From Catajapyx aquilonaris (lineage: Eukaryota): a stretch of 64,000 bases of DNA. Below, piece by piece: positions 40,805 to 51,246 of this stretch. Position numbers and translations under genes: made by a program. The stretch covers positions 1 to 64,000 of the forward strand of contig JYFJ02001950.1 of NCBI GenBank assembly GCA_000934665.2, read 5' to 3'. The notes beneath the pieces were generated by a model that saw nothing but the letters and a program-made list of their open reading frames with translations, searched no databases and was not told the origin of the DNA. Position 1 is the stretch's first letter. Every line of letters begins with the position of its first letter.

Positions 40805-43310
40805 GTAAGAGTGAAATCGAGTCGTGTAATTTAGTTAATGAAATAACATTAGCTCGTGGGGACTGAATATTTTTCTGTTCTCACGTTCACACTAAGGGAT
40901 TTTTTTCATTAACATTGCAAAATGTGTGGACGATAGTTGAAAGGGAAATATCCGATGGCTAGTTGAATCCAACACTGCAGATCTAGTATTCATTTCAAAG
41001 ATTAGCAACCGGTTCATACGCGTATATACCCCAATTATGGAAACTACGACGCAGTGCAGGCTGTGTAATTATATGAAATCTACGAAGGTGGTTTTACACA
41101 TGTTTTGAGCAGCTTAATTATTGTAACATAAACCTGATATTTGCTGGAACAAAATTGTCAGGTTAACAAGCGGGAATAGCATTTCTTAGAAGTGTAAAGC
41201 AATGAAACTTTTTATAACATTATTATCTTTGCTTTTGAACAGTAGTCTCATTACAGTGTACATCTGATATTTCCTATCAGAAAGTTATGACATCGACGGA
41301 ACAGCACCGCTTATAAACACTCAAAAGGTTTATTTGGTGCATAGATTTAATTAGGAAGACGTTTCCTTTGGTTTTGTTTCTTCTTGGAATGTTAATGATA
41401 TGCAAACAAGTATGATCATTTCCGAGAACTTTACTGCCTCAGTCATCCACGTTGGTTCTTGGAACAAATCACTGTATATGCGCTTATTATTACAATAAGT
41501 GAGAATTATTTTTGGTGCGTTCTCTGTTAAAACTGTAACCAATATTTTCTTTTCGAATTTGTCATCCACACACCGCATATTGCGAAACTATGGATCACAA
41601 GCGCAAAAGTGCACTTCTGCAAGTTTAAATTCGTGGCAGACCACTTTAAGGCGGATGATATTCACATGGCAGGATGTTATACGGGCAAAACCAACCCAGA
41701 ATATGATGAAAGTAACTGTTTGAGTCCATCTTAAGTTACCATTTTAAATTACAAAAGTCTGGAATGTGAGGGAATATATCCCTAACGCACTTGCAATTTG
41801 TTTGTCTTTGTGGAGCAAAAATAGTATTATTGATTGACATTTTCTTAATGGCTCAGTTTTATTTCTATACTTCTGTTTAAATGCTCTACATTTTATGGAG
41901 TCCTACTTTTAAAAAGTGTTCTTAAAAGTGGGACGTTAAGGTTCGTAAAGCAAGTGCATCATTAAGCCAGCCTCTTTCTTTCAACCATTTTTAAGAAACC
42001 GGCCAAAATTACACGCTGAGACATGCCTCCTAGTTTTGCACAATCTGGGAAAACCCATTTTGAACAAAGAACATTTGTACGTGCCAAGAACGACATGAAA
42101 AATATCTTGCAAAAAAAATTGAGACACATTTTCTGTTTTTCAATACAGTCACGCTCTGTACGCAATGCATAGGTTGTGCCCCCATGTTTTTTTAAAAGGC
42201 CGAAATACTAGTGCAGCACGCATAGCAGGGTCGGACTGCCAAAATGCCAATGATCTAGACAGTTCCTTCGCTTCGTCTCCGGTTATTCCTGGGAATGAAG
42301 CAAGGAGCATCTGGAACCTTTCCATTCGCCTGCGTCACAAAAGAAAACTCGAGCCTTCGCTTCTCGCCGGTCGAAGGAACGAACAAGTGCCGTCTTTAAA
42401 GTTTGTTTAGAGAACGGTTTAAACTTGCTCCTATAGAGTTGGAACTGCGGGAGAAATAGATCAGCCCAGGCACTTTTGGAGGAAAAGGTGATGTAACGTG
42501 TGCGATTCTATAGATCTGTGACGTACGTGCGTTACGTGTGTGATATAGTCTGTCCAGCTGGGATTCGCCACGTAAGCTATTTTTCCCAACTTACTGCACA
42601 ATAATTCTTAGCACTAATGAAACATTTTATCTGGCCGTTTTAGCAATTATCACCATCCGACTTTATAGTGAGTTTAGCGTAAAATGGCGCCGAATATTGT
42701 TTTAATATCCCCTCCTGCAACTCAAATTCCTGGTTTACAAACAATCGGGTATGATTTATTGCCTTATGCCAGCGAATTGTCAAACCCTAGTGACAAAACT
42801 GCCTCCTGGAATGGAAACCATGTTGTGTGAGCGTGAATGATTTATTGCCCGATCAGGATGTGGGACGTCCTGGAATTCAAACGTCCTCCGAATTTGCCTG
42901 TTATTTTAGGTACGGGTAGCCTACATTGTATGGTTTCAAAGTTCAAAATTTGGGGAGCCCAAAAGTGACGAAGAAAATTTTCATATCTCGGTGCAAAAGC
43001 TTGCAGTTGACGACCGGCCTCAATCGCTGCCCTAGTTTATCTATGAAGCTCCCTCGACCCACTAAAATAGAGCGACTTGGATAAGATGATGTCTTCACCA
43101 CCTCTTGTACGACCTTCAGGCCGAGACCCACTAAACTGATTTTTTACGACACATGCTGCCCTGACCTTTTTTTAACCACCCATCGGAATTAACCTGAAAA
43201 ACTTTAATAGCTCTTGCAGACTGGCACATTGCCTTTACGTCCAATGTACTAATTACTACCAGTAATTTATTTTACTTGGCAGGTTTTTCTAGCAGCAATC
43301 AGATTCCAAG

Positions 43311-43445
43311 ATGGAGCAGTTTGACCAGCTGTTGACCTGTGCCATCTGCCTGGACCGATACCGCAACCCAAAGCTTTTACCATGCCAGCACTCTTTCTGC
43401 ATGGAGCCCTGTATGGAAGGGCTGGTCGACTATGTTCGCCGCCAG
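43311..43445 (+). CDS. tn: thin coding exon 1 (start codon and most of the RING finger)
   Basis: ATG at 43311 after acceptor ttttacttggcAG (ends 43282); 45 codons containing CAIC...PCQHSFC; donor CAG|GTAAAA at 43445/43446. Not in the ORF track. Confidence 0.93.
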
Positions 43446-46400
43446 GTAAAATTTCATTGAAAAAATAAAAGCGGTCAGAGAGCCGTAAATTATTGTGTGT
43501 GGGCGCAACCCACCACGTTGCGGCCAACAATGGGGAATTCAACTTAATCCCACGAGGCATTTATTAAATTACCTCTTTTGCGGCCCACTTAGGAAATTAC
43601 ATTGCTGGGCTATATTGTGTACTGTACACGCATAGTAGAGCAAGCTAAAGTGTGTGCTATTTCCTGGTGAGGTAAAGTAACCAACATTTTTTGATCAACA
43701 AATAGGCTGAGAAGATTGAATAAATAATACAGTATATTAGCTAGAAACATGATGAAAGTAGCCTGCCAAATATTTAGAGGGGATGAATGATGTGCCCAAA
43801 AATTATATAGTTACGTTATCACTTTCTTCTTCCAGGTGAAATGTCCAGAATGCCGAGCCGAGCACCGGATTCCTTACCAGGGAGTTACGGCTTTCCCAAC
43901 CAACGTGACCTTGCAACGATTCCTAGAACTTCACATAGAAATAACCGGAGAACTCCCGGACCCAACAACGGGCCAGGTGATGGAGCGATGCAACGTCTGC
44001 TCGGACAAGAACTACTGCACTCTGTGCGCACATTGCGACAAAAAGGTGTGTCCAGAATGCAGGGAGGCCCATATGGACGTGCTGAAGAGGGAGATTGCTC
44101 GGATCAACAACCAGATCCGTCGTACATTGCACAGGCTGCAGGACGTGCTGGCCATCATTGAAAAGAACACTCTGAACCTGCAGCAGAACTGCACGTCGGT
44201 CACCGAGGAGATTGATGAGATATACCGCCGGTTGGCAAAGGCCTTGAAGGACCGGGTGGAGGGTCTGAAAGGGGAGATCGAGCGGTACATGTCCTGCGAG
44301 GTGCACAACCTGGTCACGCTGAAGGACAACCTGGAGCAGGAGATAGCCAACATCCAGAGCAACTGCGATCTGGTCGAAGGCCACATGACGGAGACCAGCA
44401 ATTCGGACTGGGACGACTGCGAGTTGATGGACACTAAAGACATATTCCTTCGGACGGTGGAGTTTATCCGGAGCTTTGAGTACGAGGCTGGGGACTATAG
44501 CAGGCGTGTGCGCTTCTCGGTGACACAAGACCCTAACCAGCTGAACATGACACTGGCCACGTTAGGCGACCTGACCATACACACACCGGGACAGTTGGGC
44601 AACAACCTGACTGTCCCGACGGGGCCGGGTCTTTTGAGGAGTAAGAGTGACCACCGTCTGGCCTCGCAGTTCAGGCAGCAGCAGGAAGACAGGGGTTATG
44701 CGTACGACGGGGAAGGTAGCGGTCGCACTTCCCCGACCGCCAATCGCAGGTTCGGTGAGCGACGCGACAGTCGGTATCCAGTTGCACACGAGCCGCGGTA
44801 CGGCCGGACCACAGAATACACGGGCGAGTTCGATTCCCCTTCCTACGACGCAGACAATCGTAGGTCTAGGTACCGGTCTCGATTCACTCGTCACTTGCAG
44901 GACAATGCCGATTCCGACAACGAGCCCTCGAGCAGGTCTGTCCGGTTCAACGAGCAGGAACCAGGACAGAGGAAAGAGCGAGAGAGGGTTCTGGACACAG
45001 AGGACGTGGCTCGAGGCCCTCTGAGCGGAATCACCCGGCTCTTCGACTCTCCTCGCGTCATGAAGAGACTCCAAGATACGGAGAACAAAGACAAAAAGAA
45101 GGACAAGGAGACGAGCAAGCCTGCCGCTCCGACCCCCGCTGGCAAGCCCGCCACTCCCTGGAGGGCGGCCCAGAGACAAGTCAGCGAGGACGACGAGATC
45201 GCAAAGCAAAAAAAACTGAACAAAGACCAGCCTGGAGAGAGGCAGAGGAAGGCCAGCACCTCTCAGGACGAGACACCTCGCCATACCACAGCCAGACAGG
45301 AGTCGCTGCAGACAGCCCACGAAGAAGAGACGCCCAATCGACGCCGGTCGACCACCACCACCCAGCCGACGGTGACGACGCCGACGACCAAGGCGCCGGA
45401 GGAGCAACGTCCGTCCACCCAAGGCAAGGCATCCACCACTTATTCCCGCACATCCTCTGGCAGCTCTGAGAACCTAGAAGAGATCGTCGAACCAGGTAAA
45501 ACCCCCGGTCGCGTTTCCCTGGACCGGTTCAAGCCCCGGTCCAATAGCTCGGACAGCACCGCTTCCAGTACCGGCACAGAGACGTCCAGCGGTTCCACCC
45601 ACAACACCGGAGCGGCCTTCACCACAGACGAGGTGAAGCAAAAGTACTTGTCCAACTCCAAGGAGCCGCCAGCACCGACAGTCGCCGCCAAGGACACCAA
45701 CAGCGGGTCCACGTCCAGCCGGTACTCTTCGGCTTCGTCCACAGCTAGAGGCACAGCCGTGGACACCTCGAACACTGCCAGGCCTACTGGAACCCCCCGA
45801 TTCCAGAGTCGTTTTTTAGGCCGAGCAGCTACTCCTACGGCCGAAGCCTCAAAGGAATCAGAGAGTAGCAGCTCGGAGGAGGAGGAAACCAGTTCGGCCA
45901 GCGAATCCGAGGAGGAGGAAGAGGAGGTGGCACCACCGCCTCCGAAGGAGAAGGCCAAGAGCGAGCGAGAGCTGTCCAAAACGGACATCGGGCCGCTGCT
46001 GGCCAGGAGCGCCAATGCTCGGGACAGCGGAACCAAAAAGGACGACGTACCGCCTCCGTCCCCTTATTCCACTAGGCCTAGAGGGTCCGTCAGTAGTACG
46101 GGTTCCAGTTACACGCGAAACGACCCGGCGCCTGCTGCTTCGTCGTCGTCGACGTACGGAGGTGAGCGTGAAAATAGTTACGCAAGTCGGTACGGACTGA
46201 GAGACCGAGACAACGACAGAGACAGAGACACGTACGGAACTAGAGACAGCGGCAGCAGCACTTACGGGTCGAGCGCTAGAGACACGAACGCGTACGGATC
46301 TCGAGACTACGGCACGTCTAGAGACAAGCCGGACTATTCGAGCGGTATTACCCGGAGTAGAACCACCGGCGGAAGCTTGTACGGGCGGGACGAACCGACG

Positions 46401-49400
46401 TCGACCACCGAAAGTAGCCGGTACCCGTTGACCAGCAAGTACGCTCGCGCCAGGGCAGCCGCGGTGGAGGAAGAGCCTCCTCCGACGTCCCGGTACACAA
46501 GCCGGTTCCTAAACCGCAGCAAGAGTTCCGCTGCCATCGCTCCGGACAAAGAGGAAGAGGAGGAAGAGGAGAAACCAGCGTCGCGACGGCTGTCCGGAGA
46601 CGACACCATGTATCCGAGTGGAAGGTCTCGGTACACGGCCCTGAAGGACCGCCGGTCCAGAGTGGCTCGTAGCAGAAGCTCGCACGACCTCGGCTTGCCG
46701 GACGAGGAGGAGCCGGAAGCAAGCACCGGTGGATCGTCGTACCTGAGCCGGTACGGCGCCGGAAAGACCGCGTTGAAATCTAGGGAGAACTCCCCGGAGA
46801 AAGCAGACAAGGACGGCGCGAGCGGGTCGTCGTCTCTGAGTAGCTGGGCTCGGTACCTGAAGAACAAGTACGGCAGCCGTACCAAGGACGGCGTCGGGGC
46901 CACCCCGTCTGCGTCGGCCACGTCGGTGTCGTCTGCTGGCACAGCTTCGAGCGGCACCGCCGGACAGCAAGTGCCACGAAGCCGCAGCTCTCTGGCGTTG
47001 GGGTTGCCGTCCCGTACGGCAAGTATCGAAAGCTCTGACGACGACCAAAAAAACTCGCCTACCTCCCCCACTTCCCATACAGCAGCAGGTTTCGGCGATT
47101 TACCTAGAAACCAGTACCTGCAGAAAAGGCGGCTCCTTTTTAAGATCGGAAGTCGGGGGAGCGAACCGGGTTATTTCACTTGGCCGCGAGGAGTAGCCGT
47201 GGGACCGGACAACACGATCGTGGTTGCAGACTCGAGCAACCATCGCGTCCAGGTGTTCGACGACACCGGGACTTTCGTGAAGGAGTTCGGGACGTACGGT
47301 AATGCAGAGGGCGAGTTCGATTGCTTGGCGGGCGTGGCAGTCAACCGGATCGGACAGTACATCATAGCCGACCGGTACAACCACCGGATACAAGTGTTCG
47401 ATCCCTCAGGCAGATTCTTGCGAGCGTTCGGAAGCCAGGGAAGCTCCGACGGTCGCTTTAACTACCCTTGGGGCATCACCACCGATGCACTAGGGTTCTT
47501 GTACGTTTGTGATAAGGAAAACCACAGGGTGCAGGTCTTTCAGTCGGATGGCACCTTCGTGGGCAAGTTCTGCAGCATGGGCAACAAGTCGGGACAGCTG
47601 GAGCACCCGCATTACATCGCCGTCAGCAGTACAAACAGGGTCATCGTGTCCGACTCCCACAATCACCGCATTCAAATCTTTGACGTCAATGGGAAAGTGC
47701 TCACATCATTCGGCACTGAGGGGTCGGAGGAGGGACAGTTTAAGTTTCCCAGGTACTGTGACACTGCTGATGACATGATGACATACCTCCATGCCACCAA
47801 CCACCAGCACCGCCTGTCTTTTATTGCTATTCTTTACCTGCAACTTCTTGATGATTACGATGATGATCATGGGGACGTCATCCTCTTGTGCATGCCTCAT
47901 TATCTTCCCTTGCTCCTCCTCTGTGCATTGTTACCGCCGCTCTTTTACGCCATTGCACACGTGCTGTTGCTGGTCGGCCTGATCTCTACGGCGGATCTTG
48001 CGTACCGGTGCGGGGTCGTGGGTTGCCCAGTCCGATAAAATAATAACCGTGTGTCTCATAATTTAGCTGACATCCGTATAGCATACGCCCAGAAGTTCTG
48101 TTGACACCCTGAAAATCATGGGAGGAGATTTGCGCCGCTTTTAATTTTTAAAACAAATTTAAACCAATACACGGGTGTGAGCTAAATTTTTTCACAAGCT
48201 GCACTGTAACTCGGAACACACTGAGCAGAAAAAGGGGGTCGGGATGGGGACGATGTAATTCAGTGGCCGCCACTTAATCTGCTACTTACAAGTATTGGGG
48301 GCAGCATGTCGCAAAGCGGGTTGCAAAGTGCGGTCGTAAAATGACGAGGAAAGGTACAGTACACGTAAGGGTTCTCTTTACGAGTCAATAAAAAATATAT
48401 ACGCTGCTTGTGCACCGTGTGTGTCGTCTTCTCTCTTTTTTTGCCAAAATAAGAAAAGGAAGCTCCTTGCTTAATTTTGTAGCAAACTTTCTGAAACTTT
48501 CGAGAAGCAATTACTTGTTGCCTTATATCCGTGCCAAGTCTTTTCCACTGCATGATCAAAGGACAAAATAGGTAGCAGATTAAGCCAAAGCCCACTGTTA
48601 GACAGAGAGAGCAACTAAGCATCGCATTTCACACTTGCAAGATTGTTTCGGAGCAATACCCGGATCAAGTACACAGTCTTTGTACTAATCACTTCCGATT
48701 GGATCTGTAAAGAGTTTGAATGTATTGGTTCACTTTCTTCTAGGTCTGTCGCCCATTAAAATCGATCGTGTGAATTTGTAAGATATGTTTTCATTCTTTG
48801 GCATTCATTGTTTCTACACAACCCTTGTCGTATCCCTTGTTTCCGTCCCTCCATCATTTTTCTTTGGTAGACCATGTTGTTGTTGTCGTCAGTGATTGTC
48901 GTTTGTATTTTCTGGGTGGCGTACTGGCTGCATGTTGTTGAAACAACAATTATTCGGACACAGACAGACAGACAGTACGGCGCTTAGTTCGATCGGGGAA
49001 AGAAAATATTACATTGTTGTCCATTAATGTGTACTTTTCCCTTGCAGCTAAACCGAACGAGGCTCCTGTACTGTGTAATATTCAGAGAGTTGTGGGGGAG
49101 AATGTCACATTTCACGTATACACACTTGCCTCTGATATGTACTCCTCAAAAAAATAGTGTGGTTTGCAGAAAAAAATGTGAATTATAATAACCACTCTCT
49201 AGGAGTGTTGCATTTTCTTGCATGTATTTTTTGCTCTCCACTTAAGTAGCATCGGTTTGTTGGATCGTATGACTCACGTGCATATTTCTTAAAAAACTTT
49301 CACGCAGCGTTTCTCAGACTTTCCAAAGGTATTGATCCGACTATTATTTAAACACAAAAACGCAGTGGGCTTCACTTAATCTACTATCGGCAGGCATATA

Positions 49401-50283
49401 GTAATGACTCCTAAAAGTGTCGACAGTGCTTTTTTTCCACATCGAATACTCTTTTTGAACCCTGTTTGTACCGATTCAATTTTTTGTCTTTTTGTGAACT
49501 AATCTCTAATGTGTGCAGCATCCTTTCCCCACACCCTGCTTACAATTTTTATCAAATAACGTTGATCATTGCTTGCTTTTTTTCCAGGAAGTGATATACA
49601 AAACCAATCATAGCTCTCTCAATAAACGTTAATTAACTCTCCTGGCACAAAAATTAATGAAGGCACTCAACAAAATGAATGCGAATAATTTTTTGAGCTA
49701 ACTTCCACTCGGGTGGGATTTCTCTCTATGCAGCATGTAACTAAACAGGCCACTTTAAAACTGAGTGCTTTTTTTGTGTTAAATATTCCAGTGCATTTGG
49801 CTTGGGCCCTGTTCACATCAGGCTTTTCGTTAATTGCATTTGGCGTTTTTACGTCTGTAAAAACGCGACGTTTTTTACGCCGCGTTTTAAAACGCTTGAT
49901 TTGGTCAGGTCCTTACCCTCTTGTCAACTTGATGCTTGGCCAGCAGATAAAGTGAGCCTCTTTAAAATTTTTGGGGATGTTGAGAATCCTGCGTGTAAGT
50001 CAACTATTTGTCATTCAACCCAATACTGTTGTACGCTGACGTACCTCTTTCTCTTTTGTGTGTGTCCAGAGGGGTAGCTGTCGACGACCAGGGCTACATC
50101 TTCGTGGGGGACTCGGGAAACAACCGCATCCAAATCTTCCATCCGGACGGCAACTTCCTGCGAGCATTCGGCTGCTGGGGATCGGGGGACGGAGAGTTCA
50201 AGGGACTGGAGGACCTCGCCGTCATGTCCAATGGCAGCATCCTGGTGTGCGACAGGGAGAACCACCGAATTCAGGTCTTCTAA
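43311..50283 (+). CDS. tn: TRIM-NHL E3 ubiquitin ligase (thin/abba, nhl-1 orthologue); spliced CDS join(43311..43445,43836..47752,50070..50283), 1421 aa
   Basis: Three exons with GT-AG boundaries join in frame (135+3917+214=4266 nt). The N-terminus MEQFDQLLTCAICLDRYRNPKLLPCQHSFCMEPCMEGLVDYVRRQ|VKCPECRAEHRIPY closely resembles the Drosophila Thin RING as I recall it. B-box, coiled coil and six NHL repeats ending NHRIQVF follow. Confidence 0.93.
43836..47752 (+). CDS. tn: thin coding exon 2 (end of RING, B-box, coiled coil, low-complexity linker, NHL repeats 1-4 and start of 5)
   Basis: Acceptor ctttcttcttccAG|GTG (Val, phase 0); 3917 nt open; donor CCCAG|GTACTG in the middle of NHL repeat 5 (GQFKFPR), phase 2. 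Confidence 0.92.
48387..48392 (+). promoter_or_regulatory. Candidate intronic polyadenylation signal in the thin intron after coding exon 2
   Basis: AATAAA followed about 20-50 nt later by GT/T-rich sequence (tgtgcaccgtgtgtgtcgtcttctctcttttttt). Confidence 0.35.
50070..50283 (+). CDS. tn: thin coding exon 3 (NHL repeats 5-6 and stop)
   Basis: Acceptor ctctttctcttttgtgtgtgtccAG|A completes AG+A=Arg, then GVAVDDQGYIFVGDSGNNRIQIF...VCDRENHRIQVF*; TAA at 50281-50283. Confidence 0.93.
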
Positions 50284-50425
50284 CTCCATTGTGAGTATAC
50301 AGTAGTTTGAGGGTAATTTCGCGGCAATAGCACCAGGGACTTGATGAGCCTAATTTTAGTTCGCTGCAAAAGAGTCTAAAAGAAGTGTATTTTCTTAGAT
50401 GGAGTCTGGTAAGAAAATCCGAGGG

Positions 50426-50431
50426 AATAAA
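50426..50431 (+). promoter_or_regulatory. Candidate proximal polyadenylation signal of thin
   Basis: AATAAA about 140 nt after the stop codon, followed by T-rich sequence. Confidence 0.4.
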
Positions 50432-50836
50432 ACCGACTTCTTCTTTTGTCGCTCCGACCCGATTCAATCCCATCGCTTTTCCGTCTCGTCTTTTCAGCGA
50501 CGGTAATTAACGGCGGCCATTACAATCCTTTATGGAGGTAGGCAGCAGTGTTACCAGCTTTTGGGATGCAACGGAGGGATCCTATTGGCCTCCAGACTCC
50601 AATCCCAAGATCTATTTAGCTCTCCAAACTCAGAGCTTTTGTTTTTCTCGGTGCCGTCAACTATATGGCTGCAAGGTTGCTGGAAAATGACACGTGCAGA
50701 CATTGCCTAGAAAGACAGGGTGTGACATAAACCTGCAGGGAAGTTTGGAGGGTCCAACTTGCGAATTGTACGTCCCAGAAACTATAGGTTCTGAAGTAAA
50801 CAATTTTTTCTCGTATATTTAGGTGTTGAGTGCTGA

Positions 50837-51246
50837 AATTATAGCCTGTGGGTTGCTGTTAGCATTTTGTAAGCTGAGAGTTAACAATGCCACCACAGCC
50901 TTTTACATAACATGCACGAACAAGGGCATCCAACCGAGAGCTAAATATATCAATTATCTCGCAAAAAATTGGCTTCCAGAAATTGCTAAAAGGAATATCT
51001 AACAGAGAAACAGGATGTAAACATTTCCGAATTATAGCCTGTGGGTTGCTGTTAGCATTTTGTAAGCTGAGAGTTAACAATGCCACCACGGCCTTTTACA
51101 TAACGTCCATGAACGAGGGCATCCAACCGCGAAGCGAACTAAATAAAGTAAATTTGTCACATTATCTTGCAAAACAATGGGTTTCCAGGAATTGCGAAAA
51201 GGAATATCTATAACAACGCGAAAAACAAGCAGGATGTAAACATTTC
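50837..51246 (+). repeat. Tandem duplication of a ~193-217-bp unit (50837-51029, 51030-51246)
   Basis: The first ~60 bp (aattatagcctgtgggttgctgttagcattttgtaagctgagagttaacaatgccaccac) are identical; the rest is diverged and both copies end caggatgtaaacatttc. Confidence 0.92.

Noticed and set aside
43923..47393. Long antisense and alternate-frame ORFs (up to 286 aa) overlapping thin exon 2
   Set aside because: Shadow ORFs expected from GC-rich, low-complexity coding sequence; no independent motifs.
43836..48038. 1400-aa single-exon ORF starting at GTG
   Set aside because: The GTG is a Val directly after a splice acceptor and the RING begins in the exon at 43311. The canonical C-terminus comes from 50070-50283. 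The read-through part is kept only as an isoform hypothesis.
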